Shown here piece after piece: positions 12,001 through 20,171 of a stretch of DNA of 50,376 nt. The stretch spans positions 1-50,376 of the IMG/VR virus record IMGVR_UViG_3300011398_000007; one strand, given 5' to 3'. The notes below the pieces were generated by a model. The model worked only from the letters and a program-made list of their open reading frames with translations. It was not told where the DNA came from and did not search any database. How positions within the stretch are numbered: position 1 is the stretch's first letter; each line of letters opens with the position of its first letter. The position numbers and the translations under genes were made by a program. Source of the DNA: a virus (lineage: Duplodnaviria; Caudoviricetes).

Positions 12001-14705
12001 TAATGACTAATGATGCCTTCATAAGAAATATAGAGGGTACTATATCTAATCAATTACAGAGGGCTGTGTTACGTAGGTTCATAGAGATGAAAGAGTATGG
12101 AGAATCATTGAGGAATGTACAGACTGCTATTAATACAGATAGTAAAGGACTAGGTAAATCTACCTTTGATGTAATAGAGAGAAAGAATACTCTGAACAGG
12201 TTAGGTAATAACGGTAAGATTAATGGAGCATCTAGTCTTATAGGAGACTATAAGCCTATAACTGATGAGATGAGTGATGATGAGAGAATAGATTTAATTA
12301 AGCAGGGTTATGTTGATATAGGAAACTTCCTTGTTAAGCCAACTACTCTATCAGGTGCTTTCAGTATTCAGGGAGTAATGACAGCATATAAGCTATGGAG
12401 TAGGTATATGCCTTATGATTCTGAAGTTCTTAATTCAGCATTTGATGAACTACTACCTCTTATTGGTAATGGAGCACTTATGAATGAGAGTAAGAACGTA
12501 GAGCTAAAGCAGGAGATATTTAAGCACATGAAGAAGTACTTTGCTGCTAATAGGTTAGGTGGTATAATGGGTAATACAGATGATGCTAATACAGAAAGGA
12601 AGAGATTATACATTGATTATGATGGACAGATAGAGCTTATAGAAGACCCTAATGCTGTAGTTACCCTACAGAATGAGGTAATTAAGGAGCAGGAAGTAGA
12701 AAGAGTAACTGTTACTGTACTCTCTAACGGTAAACCTGTAGGTAAGTTCTCTACAATACCTAGTAACCTAGCTAAACTAAATAAGGTAGATATAGGTACA
12801 GCACAGATACATAAGGAGGGTGACAAGTGGGTGCTATATCATAAAGGAATAGTAGAAGGAACAGCAAATACCTCACTAGGTACTTATATCAAGAGGCTGA
12901 AGGCTATGAATCATCCTGCTGTTAATGAGTTTATCAAGACTAATATGCTATTTAATAGGATAGAGGTTGTCACAAACAAGAATGGACAACCTACTCTTAT
13001 TAAATACAATAATGCAGCAGGAGAAGAGTTTGATGAGAACTACTTATATGAGGCTCTTAGTACTCTGTTCCAACATGCTGATGTTGAGCTACCAGAGATA
13101 GATAATAAGAAATATACTCTAGGTACTCTTGCACAGGATATGATAGCATATACTATGTTAGGCAACTCTACACAGGAAGCCATACAGTTCTCTAAGTATA
13201 TACCTGTAGGTTACTTTAGTGCAGTAGGTTATGCACAGAGGATGAGAAATATAACTAATGACTTACGTAATAATAATACTACTCTATTAGGTGCATCTAC
13301 TAACTGGAAGACAGATGCTCCTAAAGAAGAAACAGACTGGCAATCAGGGTTAATGGATGATGATGGGCTAGAGCATTACCTAAGTGAGTTTGCTATACAG
13401 TTTATACAACATAATCCAGAGAGATTGAAAGCAGGAGGTAAGCTGAAGAAAAAGGACTTAAAGAAGAAGGTTATACTTACACCTGGAGTACTAGGTAACT
13501 CATATGAGAATCTGAAGTCATTTATTCCTAGAGGCCCAGAGAGACCACCATTCTTCTCTATGTATGACAGTACTATACCTAAAGGTGATAAGAAGTTCAA
13601 GCTATATTGGTATGATGGTGAGAAGTACATACAGATACCAGTACTAGGAGTATTTGGTATGGATGAATACCAGCCATCCTATGGTAACAATGAGTTCTCT
13701 ATAGGTAAGAGTCTAGTTAATGGTAGAGTTCCACTAATGCCTAGGATACAGAAGAGTGTACCTAACAGTAAGACAACAACAACTAGTGATAAGGATTCTT
13801 TTGAAGTTAATAGTGGAAATATTACTACTGTATTAGAGAATATAGGTAAGGGTAATAGTAATATGGCTATGCTAGCTAGAGCTTTAGCACCATTTGCACC
13901 TGCTGATTATACTATAGAGTGGGCTGATAAGACACCTGAAGGTGAAGAGGGATTTGCTGGAATACATAATGCAGTTACTAAGAAGATTTACATTAATCCT
14001 ATAGTTACTGAAAGAGGTAATGATTACACAGCTTCTATTATACTACATGAGATAGTACATGCTCTTACTGTAACTCAGATAGATAAGTTTACTACTACTT
14101 ATACTGGTGGAGAATTGCAAGCAAATAATGGAGCACCTACAGCAGTAGTTGAACTAGTTAGGCTATATAATGATGTAAAGAGTAAAGAAAATGATGCAGA
14201 ATTACAGGAGTTAATGAGTAGGTTAAAAGCAGCTGGTGGTGGCATGGCTCTTAATAAGAGAGAGTATAACCTATATGGTCTGACAGATATTTATGAGTTT
14301 ATGGCTCTAGCTCTTACTGAACCTAAATTTCAGGAATACTTAGCAAGCAAAGAGTTTAAGCAATCTGGTAAGACACTCTTAGAGAAATTCCAAGAGATAG
14401 TAGCTAACTTGTTAAAGAGTATTGGAGTAGCATTTGAATCAGATACAGCAGCAGCACAGGCTATAGCAAATACTTTCCAGTTTATAGAAGAAGTTAATCC
14501 TACTAGTACTAGTGAGAAGAGTGATACAGCATATAATGATACAAGAACATTTGGAGATTCAAATGAAGATAGTGATGGTATGGATAGTGGAGATGAGTTT
14601 GGTAGGAGTACTGGCCCACCACTAGGTAGACGTGCTCCGTTAAATAGTCCTAGTACTAAATTTCCTAATAAGAAGTTAGTTATAAGAACAGAAAAATGCA
14701 ACTAA
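54..14705 (+). CDS. Giant virion-packaged RNA polymerase polyprotein (crAss-like vRNAP) with N-terminal Gly/Ala-rich hydrophobic segments and a C-terminal zincin-like domain
   Basis: 4883 aa. It contains RIP...GSDFDIDK (DxDxD catalytic motif, nt 10875-10889), typical of crAss-like two-barrel vRNAPs, and IILHEIVHALT...EF (HExxH, nt 14046-14060). The N-terminus has hydrophobic Gly-rich helices. Confidence 0.88.
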   Translation: MFPPKKEAKGPLQPADFFSTIKGTESVYGVPQAKEISREGSFDPKHYRHVKGATYYDDPNRLATLNTIMQPTSTRLANMGQRWGAGFLAGAGQSLANTFDLHSQFNSIKSILNNEDVEDFSSSLFGVPTSRMREWAAGIDKRNPIYEEDPGSVNITDGGWWMNQFAGTGLGAGMAAGSLATTALIEAATLGVGTGSLFASAGGAMGKMLRLAKGAKTVQRAQSLVKAANAAKGLRSAAIVYGVVNRQAEATMEAEATYATIYEELSRELNADNSPKYTEEQKQHMASEGAKSVYRWNLAMIPLDILSYRAMTFNPISGTGTGAVERGLAKLAAGFGKSRIGRATGWAASKTLATIPEGFEELYQHIVQKEGEHYARVVGGEDDGSTFSERLGIALEDPETWNSFAGGIIGAPVIGGAMNLVDRLSHGRYRREMADLHADYIKHVGKMDNDLAQYIQLAESAGYKEQASKLRIQFSADRDLSALHLDAKTDKDTAWEANITFKEGMLEALKKGDTKVIEDLGIKIQSPEHMQQLLVEYQAMVDNAHEMKSIYDGVKNKYQANFVPQVTESHFHLRQMVKQEKVVDANLNAAKAKLFQFDQLSATGKELFDLDYKARALLKENDRLQKEAANPEDSFEQENINAQLKENEAELRATNEKIKEITSEEYNTSKEGKKDALIIHAIGDNVGYEEAARKKEEISNTIDLQRRKVALWDNEKYIEHKTDKAIKNARTQKQADDAAKKATKKQKRDAKAKKKDIAADEAAAEAKKDEELKKQEAAAKAAAITKPEEKIGDESLFDDDEVMAAAALQKNKQAGKPPVVTPVTQHKRETAKERVQGDIEYHTIRSTTATHEWEKDQSAAWLKMLQTDPIKYYEMKRDMKSAAKPDEYFFGEEIRAEYDLTINELKAQQTGTTVTQPQNKAAKLTLEEQRREELSTVLQPAHNKAAMKGKRGIVESITKDKWGFVKPDGTIIWSDSKDAIEDMIYAKYAAKGLPIPDRSTGSPFQRAPIQYDMEGSPQEAKDQIKGAIGNILKKMGGSPSFEDLVRRLIRIYGGGQIGMDEVEDMWNSIVYGWEANENAKEDYDRVFDIVFMKDEGAGLKAATGALRRADKDMSEADKEAAKQKEELDKQTAGVIASEKKPDGFDNNNKPTTKPETEHTHKYDGPVSNEKEPKLSYTSRLTKSTVTIDEAGIHKVTHKYIDDDLKASDGIIDSLPLLDPDKFLPGTKLVIRRPANYMEILVPVFYPDGTREKSIPFKQYVDERKLTPDMQEYKDKIPLVVYASEDAKIGVAWVHDIHWYNNVNFNQAKPEDKATAIANTRAMREEAIADANAGTFTRATVTGKRQTSFKGLKLPEGKEITIRQANPEATFASTINELGAGDLYINPGKKFGDDGNVISNTESWDEKGKVVDIRRYGTKNGKKTWMAFPVIRRPISQKVKTSVIQAISIYANRLNKNPAVRAKHDPIIAKIKLPKEQGGMGIDITEKDGLPKYLKHFIKLENKAGSTAEVERRASVERAHGVRYIAFVNDNIVFGINGQNAFPSKDKDGNPIAVKSWFINPNVADATISAKAIAAFANENMIGWYAQNLGLEAYDKANNTPVILIDIDTKSGNLTANTVAETYHDFLMDEFVTNVQSPNIGTKEEPNHVTNLQPVITFDTDKRIAAKTKTDTPTDTAEKIIDTKEIGKSTEEKKEEKVASKEETQLRAQWKEELTPYTVDYIESLLKSTHLEGNNDRLIQAVVNLAGLGKYQGDAQVGMIGALNKRGHVTKKNLLEAIYNVYGELVGDKMAQLLESEERQSGFEYEERLVEGINKEYERKLADLKKKEGIPDIEEEQGETTKEELKSDIHGLSGEVGMDYNNKKFMDLTEKLTGKRHLDDMSEAELQTVFEHLDDIRLKLEGVEVRRQDDLYELSEVEIEAEREPVGIGFYEGRFVGGYRNSDGVEVEQFEAPTIEEVKRKVNQRYDEERAALRGELVTKEDIKKAEEKFDATKTEQEKEKEKKEAEERKAKESAEEKAALDALAEQMLKDTMNDLGSSFDPNAKNNWAPMPLTEEERQKAVGVRVTIEGLTHNQQGDIVKYMYHHISAYIRKNGTITIEQAHAEIRKAFEEVYIKAKENYQTKVNTMKAQLAAHPGLADRGIPLLIANYEKMIAKMEAVERQYDTLVEDTKARVDKKTNIRVTKIEANQEYKGENEEYKGDDANSDIDDEPEAAVDFWTDVLSESPENRLTYKMRMFFDGIKKRTKDGAFVAGFMGVDGYEESGEIIRKLMATLADVPSDFNLMLEKLKERREALPWMDDVIAKLEAANDEEKAQFTTIMSLTSLRMRFSMLSYNFKTSSWTSRIYETNLGGIADAVRAEWKDNLNAGPLVDQNSDGLHTLNVAQAQKMIDEFRGWRGLNLVEASVPKTLWDDLVSKVKDKSPKFFKLEEIAKKLTPEQLAILTAQLQDNLKEISDRVTFSMSGHDYQINKVDDTGQYIMSKLVKHSATDEAVANWLAKFGITLSPRTLVDLHNKKFTHNQVTLNWNEQFEIGSSNGLFGILYNKLVALVDLSNEGGVLFEEQGNSPLDDSVVTSLANLEAKYNDVVTPFAFRDNGKSYFALTMPKFITDRAADLKDEGAVGKETRRQLRSTSFSASAMQLYLLDNPANEDYRSKYRVAHLGANAFKEHGKKLFRDNGITKLSDLDHELTKLIMFMDMSQGEVKHGDNLSREYGGIALRMATMFSPTMSDKDMMTLVTAAVLDLKTSDLRNSDGTFGINGADNKVKKILYEQLVKPELMRMAKFHADKKRRGKGTNIKGYDEGAAQFLFLPNMNFIEYKPGLKLIDAIAKNPETFTAQAVEADETLMNSFYDKINDYVLGLTNEKLKVWETDGIITPDVEKPENTEIKFLDKKYMEKFKTNSSTERARMAAMDYVINSMISNANSFMTMIGDPALYYKKEKEGIIEQIERDFEEGIIDETEMEAQITLAHIKSAFTNLGKRLANQIAPGTPIANSLNDKYIQLFLQDRKSTANNIAYLERILGKNEAFAYTQIEGSDAQEYTTWQEHLHIIAKMGKLSNDLMQEEITTEEIEEARRMFSDPTLTKDRMTDRQLKILDKVAQPIKPVYTGQIHDPEQDVMRTVYIKSSSFPLIPQLTAGLEIDKLREAMQKIQDTEGKNVRASYETANKVGAIKLSKTENLWDKETGNAREDVLGRLMDNHLILDRRHFRIQQEVPFKSSKRKSDTITLGTQLMKLLFGDGIMDIEGFTFEGVEKTGRQLHQLYNDTFISLIEGAKQQLFSELGLDEQGNIVDAKRTAEKLQTLLKDEAEKRGYPLQDIEALNLHEVTDSTGKVLTYDFAMPLWASTNSNRYESMLNAIVTNRLIRMKFPGNSYVIGSEEGFRTATRKKVSAASKMSTKEIINELFSKQERGQIGLAGEDIDTISDIRKNETPELRKKLEEIHISLVGGYQEDVFDEGLTEEEARQARLERKGIREEGEPGSELASKMIYTDAWNGKELQATYTKDGKLIKAQVFAASKFRDNDGNLINLLSLNEDGKTYKYVNQDAATGRFSLKPDMFDKELLSLMSFRIPSSGLQSGSVIEIAGFLPHQSADLMIVPKNFTKQKGSDFDIDKENAYQLFHRMNKDGKFEVLAEKHRDIMLAEADRLMKDKKINDLRKAVREAESQDKRYFAMKELRDAIAQDKFFESVFQSVGIPTFDEQDLEDAPFLKKMNAKINEMLGKNTIIKIKQAVYSHASDEVQKKIAKVLSTDFAEGEADFIDRLKSKSGVDNNWTALSDEYQKQKMMSGASGKTGTGAYSLDVVTHSLVQQLRAQGKPITLEENIYDDEGNIVGTQTKIWSFGNVTTTGVLGGDMTLGPNKTVGDRSIVDLLVERQNINLDNEKLQIIGRVGIDEMTMDVDKIFNLLGVDKGSDGHSIAMLFLSQPIIRDYVLYMKNANSNMSHEFSATKEEDIRKMLIDKYGGEEETASDGIKGDYWSIASGLMTNDAFIRNIEGTISNQLQRAVLRRFIEMKEYGESLRNVQTAINTDSKGLGKSTFDVIERKNTLNRLGNNGKINGASSLIGDYKPITDEMSDDERIDLIKQGYVDIGNFLVKPTTLSGAFSIQGVMTAYKLWSRYMPYDSEVLNSAFDELLPLIGNGALMNESKNVELKQEIFKHMKKYFAANRLGGIMGNTDDANTERKRLYIDYDGQIELIEDPNAVVTLQNEVIKEQEVERVTVTVLSNGKPVGKFSTIPSNLAKLNKVDIGTAQIHKEGDKWVLYHKGIVEGTANTSLGTYIKRLKAMNHPAVNEFIKTNMLFNRIEVVTNKNGQPTLIKYNNAAGEEFDENYLYEALSTLFQHADVELPEIDNKKYTLGTLAQDMIAYTMLGNSTQEAIQFSKYIPVGYFSAVGYAQRMRNITNDLRNNNTTLLGASTNWKTDAPKEETDWQSGLMDDDGLEHYLSEFAIQFIQHNPERLKAGGKLKKKDLKKKVILTPGVLGNSYENLKSFIPRGPERPPFFSMYDSTIPKGDKKFKLYWYDGEKYIQIPVLGVFGMDEYQPSYGNNEFSIGKSLVNGRVPLMPRIQKSVPNSKTTTTSDKDSFEVNSGNITTVLENIGKGNSNMAMLARALAPFAPADYTIEWADKTPEGEEGFAGIHNAVTKKIYINPIVTERGNDYTASIILHEIVHALTVTQIDKFTTTYTGGELQANNGAPTAVVELVRLYNDVKSKENDAELQELMSRLKAAGGGMALNKREYNLYGLTDIYEFMALALTEPKFQEYLASKEFKQSGKTLLEKFQEIVANLLKSIGVAFESDTAAAQAIANTFQFIEEVNPTSTSEKSDTAYNDTRTFGDSNEDSDGMDSGDEFGRSTGPPLGRRAPLNSPSTKFPNKKLVIRTEKCN

Positions 14706-14706
14706 C

Positions 14707-17700
14707 ATGGCATGTAAGTTAGACGTCAGGACAGCAGTGTTCGATAAAGTATTTGAAGAACTAGCTGAAGGTAGATATAGCTTCTCTAGGACTGGAGAAG
14801 ATACTATTAGAGTTAATAGTAGAGGAGACAATGCTAAGGCTAGAGCTAAGTCTACTAGTCAGGCTAAAGCTATGGCACATGAGATGTTAAAGCGGGCTAG
14901 GATTTCTTTTGAAGGTCATGTAGATGGTTATGTAAATCAGCACTCTACTTATGACCCTGTTACTATTACATTTACTGTTAGTGATGCCTATGTTCAGCAT
15001 GAGTTTGATAAGTTAAATGTATCTAAGGATACACAGGCTGCTCCTATGGAAGCAGAAAGAGACTTTATAAATACTAGTACAGACTATGATACAAATAGAA
15101 AGATAAACTTTGCACCTGCTACCAGACCAGAATTAGGCATGTTTGCTAAGTACCTAGAATTTAAGCAAGCTATCTTAGATATTTATCAGAATAAGCTACA
15201 TAAGGTGAGGATGGATAAGAAGAAAGTGGGAGTATCAATAGAAGAACTAAAGGCACTTAATAAGGAAGAAAGAAGATTAGAGCTTTTCATTGAAGGTAGT
15301 CCAGAGTTAAGGAAAGAGGGTCTTAAAGACCAAATAACTAGACTATCAAGTGAGTCTGCTATAGAGGCAGTAAGAGACTATGTAAGGAAAGACCTTGATA
15401 GACTACCTAAGCTAGTTCTATCTGATGATATTGATGATGTTAGAGAGGCAGAAAGAATAATACAATTCTATAAAAATGCAGGTAACTTTACTGGCAAGGA
15501 TGCAAGTAATCCTACTGGTAGGGCAGAGAATCCATTCTTTCCAGAAGATGCAATATTCTTTAGAGATGATGAAGGAGAACTAACTACTGTGTACAAGTTA
15601 GGAGAAGATATAAGAAAACAGTTCATGGAGTGGAGAGATGAAGCAGATGGTTATACAATACAAGCAGAGAGTAAGAAGAAAGAGATTACTGTTAGGATGG
15701 TTAACTCAAACCCCGGTGTAGTTAATACCTATGGTAAGAACAAGAAGTTTACCTTTAGCGAACTAGTATATGAGAAGCAAGGACTTGAGGATATAGAGTG
15801 GGTAACAATGTGGACTATGGATATAACTAGTGGGATATTCAGTCACAATGGATTACTACCACAAGTTATATTCTCTCACTTGAATAATAGTATAGAAAGG
15901 AAGGCTGAGTGGGCTAGGGCTGCTGATGAAACTATAGATAAACTAGCACCTAAGGCACAAGAGGCAATAAGAAACACAGGTGACCCAAGATGGACTCATA
16001 AGGGATTAGGTATAAGGAGACTTGGTGGTACAAACTGGAACTTATATAAAGAGACTACTAAGAATGGTAACGAGACTAACTGTTTAGTACAGAGATTTAC
16101 AAGAGAGTTTAATGATGCCTATGATATAGCTAAGGCTACATTCCAAGAGGTATTTGATAAGGCAAAGGTTATATCTGGAATGAGTGAGAAAGTTACACTT
16201 GCTTTTAGGGCCTTGAATATGTGGAGAAGACAGAATACTATTCTATTTGAGATTAATAGGATGGCAGAGATATTAGATGACCCTGAATTAGCAGACCTGT
16301 TTACTGAAGGTAAACCTGTTGCTGATGCAGCTTATAGGCAGAGTCTTATTGATATACTAGGAAAGGATGGATATGAGGAGCAAATAGAAGAGCAGAAGAG
16401 AATGCTTAGAAAGTATCTAGCTGATAGGCAGAATGTAATAGATATTGCATTAGGTGATGAGGGTAAGTTTATTGAGAATGGTACTAAAGATGATCTGAAT
16501 GATGCACATAAGGCTGCTCTTCAGGAATGGGAATATAAGAATGACCCTCTTATTGGAATAGAAGGGTACAATAGTACTACAGGATATATCAAGGATGGTC
16601 TTACAAGAAATAACTTCATGGGTTATAATAACTTTATAGCTAGGAAGAAGAAGGCTAATGTGACATATGCTACTGATAGTACTACTGGTAAGTCAAAATT
16701 TGTAGTTACAGAGACTAATGAAGATACTGACTACTATAGTGAGCAATATGCAACTATAGAAGCAAATGATGACTTACTTGCTTTCTACAATGTAATGAGA
16801 GATGTATGTGTTAAGATAAAGGAGAGCATTCCTTATCACCTTCAAAAAGATATACCATCACATACTCTACCCGGCTTAGAGAAAAGCATGGGGGAAATGC
16901 TAGCTGATAAAGAGATGGGTCTACTAAAGAGGATATTTAGTAAGAATGGTGCTATAGCTGCTCTATGGGAAAGGATTAGAAGAAGTGTAGGAGTAGTTAA
17001 TCAGGCTGATGTATCTAGTGCTAAACAAGACCCTATTACTGGTAAGTATAATAATACTGTAAATGATGCCTTCTTAAGAAATAATAGTAAATCTATTAAG
17101 CAGAGACAGACTATAGAACAGCAGAAGTTTCTAATAGCCTATAACTCTAATAAAGCAGATAGTGATGTAATTACACAGATAAGGAAGTTTACTATACTGG
17201 AGTTAAAGAACATGACTCCAGATGCTCTATTACTCCTAGCTCAATATACACATACTGATTTGAGTGTAGCAGATGCTAGGTCAGGTAATATAGCTGCTTT
17301 ACAAGCTAAGATAGGAGATAAGGTAAGTGTAGGTAGGATTATAAAAGAGTTCTCTGTCCACTCTATAGTACAGGCTCAATCATTTGACTTACCTAAGCTA
17401 GCTAAGTACTTTGCTAACATGACTATGGCTTATGCTGCTAGGAATGAAGCCTTACCATTCTTAGAGATAGTTAAAAAACACTATGAAGATATACAAGCCC
17501 CTAGAACTAATAATGTAAATAAATCTATACGTCATAGGTTTAATAAGATTATAGGTAAAGTACAGATGGAAGGACCAAGAGAGAATGCTAGGAAGCAAGT
17601 AGAGAACTGGTTCCAGAGAGTAGTACTAAATAACTATGGTGTTAAGCATAAGATTCTATTAGGTAAAGAAGATGAGGGGGCTAGATTTGGTAGGCACATA

Positions 17701-19620
17701 TATAGTAGAGAAGAAAGGAAGAGGCTTAATGAAATAAATAAGCTACTTGAAGACCCAGGAGTTAGTGAACAGGTTAAGGATGAATTAAGAGCATCTAAGA
17801 AAGCAATGGGTAAGGTTAGGACAGCAAGTGCTTTAATAGAAGGGATGTTTAGTTGGATAAGGTTCTTAAAGTTGGGCTATAATTTGCCTTCTTCTATTAC
17901 TAATTTTATGGAAGGTGTAACCTCTAATGTAATACTAGCTGCTTCAGGAGAGTACTTTGATGAAAAGGAACTCATGTATGGTTATAGGGTAGTGAGAAGT
18001 TCATTTGTAAGAAACCTTTCATTTGGACTTACTGGATATGAACCTAAGCTGGCTAAGAGATGTAGGAAGCTGATGGATAAGTTCAATGTTGTAATGGATA
18101 GTAAGAATGAATTACAGAGAGCAGAAAATAGTACAGGTAGTAATAGACTTAGTTGGTTAGGTTCTTATGAGCTTAATCAAAGAGTAGAATATATTAATCA
18201 GAGTCCTTTGATGGTAGCTATGCTAAGGACTATGAAGATAAAAGATAAGAGTGGTGTAGAGAAATCTGTATGGGATGCACATGATGAGAATGGCGACCTG
18301 TTACCAGAGTTCAGCTATGATGAAGCACAAGCAGATACCTATACAGATGAACAGAGAGATAGACTAATACAGAATAATCAGGACTGGAAGATGCTAGCCG
18401 GTGAGAACTATGAAGTGTTTAAGAATAAGTTAAATAAGGTTATAGGTATAGGTCATGGCATGGGCTATGATGAATTAAGAGGAATGATGGCTAAGTCTAG
18501 TCTTCTAGGTAAGGCTGCTATGATGTTTAAGACTTGGATGCCGTCACAGTTCTATCAGAGATTTGCTGTTGAGCAAGATGATATATCAACTGGCACTATA
18601 GGATATAAAGGAAGATACTTATCTTATGGTACAGGTACAGCTACAGTAGCAGGATTGGTAGCAGGAGCAGCCTTATTTGGTACAGGTGTAGGTCTAATTG
18701 GTATGGGAGCATTAGGTATGATACTAGGTAAGTATGCAACAAAAACTAATACTGATATAAGCTTAGTGAGAGAGATGGCTACAACTACAGGTTATCTCTT
18801 CTTAAAGATGTTGGGTATGCCTATTAATTTTATAACTGGATTTGTAGCTGGAAAACAGGTTGTACCTACAGGTAATAAAGCATTTGAGAATTGGGTAGGT
18901 AAAGGAAACTTTACAACTAGAGATGCCAAGAATCTAAGAGCTAACCTAGCTGATATGGCATTACAGTTAGCTTGGATAGCACTTACTATGATGGTCAAAG
19001 CTATGCTATATGATGATGAAGATGATGATGATAAAGATAGTCCAGCAAGAGCATGGCATAATATAATAGTGAATAAGTTGATTCAACTATCCCACTCTGC
19101 CTCTATGTATTGTAGCATACCTGAAATATGGAGGTCTACAGTAGGTAGTCTATCTATTAAACAGTATTTAGATGATGTAGTTAAATGGATGGATGCCATA
19201 CATAAATGGTCTATTGACCAAGACTCAATAGCAGGTGGTGTGAATAGAGGAAGGTCTGGATTAGGGCTAGCAACTGAGAAGATATTTATGCCCGGTCTAT
19301 TTAAAGACTTACCATATCTAGGATTTGAAGCACAAGCACAGAGAGTATTTGAAGAACCACCTTGGGCTAGATGGTTTAAATCAGAGAAAGCAAATGATGA
19401 AACTTATATTAGGTCTGCTAGGTCAGGTAGAAGGTTAGAACTTGAGAACTATGACCAGATAAAGGCTATACAAGATGAGAAGTTAAGAACTAAGACTATT
19501 AATAAGATATTAGACTATGAGTTACCAACTGTTAAGAAGCTTGAGAAGATGGGTAGAACTAGAGATGAGTATGAGGATTGGTTAGAACAACAAGAGTATG
19601 AAAAAGTAGAGGAAGAATAG
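14707..19620 (+). CDS. Large virion cargo/ejection protein with C-terminal transmembrane segments
   Basis: 1637 aa, starting 1 nt after the vRNAP stop. Hydrophobic segments include TATVAGLVAGAALFGTGVGLIGMGALGMILG and LAWIALTMMVKAML. Its position matches the crAss-like cargo gene block. Confidence 0.65.
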   Translation: MACKLDVRTAVFDKVFEELAEGRYSFSRTGEDTIRVNSRGDNAKARAKSTSQAKAMAHEMLKRARISFEGHVDGYVNQHSTYDPVTITFTVSDAYVQHEFDKLNVSKDTQAAPMEAERDFINTSTDYDTNRKINFAPATRPELGMFAKYLEFKQAILDIYQNKLHKVRMDKKKVGVSIEELKALNKEERRLELFIEGSPELRKEGLKDQITRLSSESAIEAVRDYVRKDLDRLPKLVLSDDIDDVREAERIIQFYKNAGNFTGKDASNPTGRAENPFFPEDAIFFRDDEGELTTVYKLGEDIRKQFMEWRDEADGYTIQAESKKKEITVRMVNSNPGVVNTYGKNKKFTFSELVYEKQGLEDIEWVTMWTMDITSGIFSHNGLLPQVIFSHLNNSIERKAEWARAADETIDKLAPKAQEAIRNTGDPRWTHKGLGIRRLGGTNWNLYKETTKNGNETNCLVQRFTREFNDAYDIAKATFQEVFDKAKVISGMSEKVTLAFRALNMWRRQNTILFEINRMAEILDDPELADLFTEGKPVADAAYRQSLIDILGKDGYEEQIEEQKRMLRKYLADRQNVIDIALGDEGKFIENGTKDDLNDAHKAALQEWEYKNDPLIGIEGYNSTTGYIKDGLTRNNFMGYNNFIARKKKANVTYATDSTTGKSKFVVTETNEDTDYYSEQYATIEANDDLLAFYNVMRDVCVKIKESIPYHLQKDIPSHTLPGLEKSMGEMLADKEMGLLKRIFSKNGAIAALWERIRRSVGVVNQADVSSAKQDPITGKYNNTVNDAFLRNNSKSIKQRQTIEQQKFLIAYNSNKADSDVITQIRKFTILELKNMTPDALLLLAQYTHTDLSVADARSGNIAALQAKIGDKVSVGRIIKEFSVHSIVQAQSFDLPKLAKYFANMTMAYAARNEALPFLEIVKKHYEDIQAPRTNNVNKSIRHRFNKIIGKVQMEGPRENARKQVENWFQRVVLNNYGVKHKILLGKEDEGARFGRHIYSREERKRLNEINKLLEDPGVSEQVKDELRASKKAMGKVRTASALIEGMFSWIRFLKLGYNLPSSITNFMEGVTSNVILAASGEYFDEKELMYGYRVVRSSFVRNLSFGLTGYEPKLAKRCRKLMDKFNVVMDSKNELQRAENSTGSNRLSWLGSYELNQRVEYINQSPLMVAMLRTMKIKDKSGVEKSVWDAHDENGDLLPEFSYDEAQADTYTDEQRDRLIQNNQDWKMLAGENYEVFKNKLNKVIGIGHGMGYDELRGMMAKSSLLGKAAMMFKTWMPSQFYQRFAVEQDDISTGTIGYKGRYLSYGTGTATVAGLVAGAALFGTGVGLIGMGALGMILGKYATKTNTDISLVREMATTTGYLFLKMLGMPINFITGFVAGKQVVPTGNKAFENWVGKGNFTTRDAKNLRANLADMALQLAWIALTMMVKAMLYDDEDDDDKDSPARAWHNIIVNKLIQLSHSASMYCSIPEIWRSTVGSLSIKQYLDDVVKWMDAIHKWSIDQDSIAGGVNRGRSGLGLATEKIFMPGLFKDLPYLGFEAQAQRVFEEPPWARWFKSEKANDETYIRSARSGRRLELENYDQIKAIQDEKLRTKTINKILDYELPTVKKLEKMGRTRDEYEDWLEQQEYEKVEEE

Positions 19621-19678
19621 CAAGATGGTCATGTAAATTTTTTAGTAAGCCAGTTTATAACTAAAATCTTTAATTAAT

Positions 19679-20146
19679 ATGTCAGGCTATAACGTCACAA
19701 AGATAGAATTACTCAATATAGAGAGAAGGTCTGGTTATGTTATGGTAAGATTAGATATGAGTAAGGGTAAAACACATGTCTATAAACTATGGTTAAATAA
19801 CTACTATTATATAGGCTGTAGTACTAATCTTAATAACCGGATATATTCACACATTAACATAATAAGTCAGATAAATAGTAGAAGCTATCTGAATAAGCCT
19901 ACCAGAGAGACATACAGAAAGTTTCTAGCTGTTATGGAGTTATCAGACTATGTAGAGATAAAAGTAGAGATACTGTTTTCTTCTCTAGATAGAAATGAGG
20001 CATTTATGTATGAGAAAGACCTATTACATAGTAAAGATAACGTATGTAGTTCCTATTCACTCAATAATGTTAAGAAGAAATATAGGAACGAAGCCTCTGA
20101 GGTTGCGGTAAATGAAATCAACTCGTACCTTAGTACACTCCGTTAA
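19679..20146 (+). CDS. GIY-YIG family endonuclease (free-standing)
   Basis: HVYKL...YYIGCSTNLNNRIYSH...EAFMYE...YSLN matches the GIY-YIG motif order (Y, YIG, R, H, E, N). Confidence 0.7.
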   Translation: MSGYNVTKIELLNIERRSGYVMVRLDMSKGKTHVYKLWLNNYYYIGCSTNLNNRIYSHINIISQINSRSYLNKPTRETYRKFLAVMELSDYVEIKVEILFSSLDRNEAFMYEKDLLHSKDNVCSSYSLNNVKKKYRNEASEVAVNEINSYLSTLR

Positions 20147-20164
20147 AACGTCAGAGCCTTCGTT
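20087..20164. repeat. 18-bp inverted repeat (16/18) enclosing a smaller hairpin
   Basis: aacgaagcctctgaggtt (20087-20104) and aacgtcagagccttcgtt (20147-20164). Confidence 0.7.
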
Positions 20165-20171
20165 TAGGCAT

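Noticed and set aside
3060-15125. Recurring xAP motifs (QRAP, NWAP, RRAP, NFAP) as polyprotein cleavage sites
   Set aside because: The motif is too short to distinguish from chance without homologue alignments.
1409-18998. Short minus-strand ORFs inside the two giant genes, and plus-strand ORFs inside the replication block
   Set aside because: They are antisense shadows of real genes, with Ser/Leu/Phe-rich composition and no motifs.
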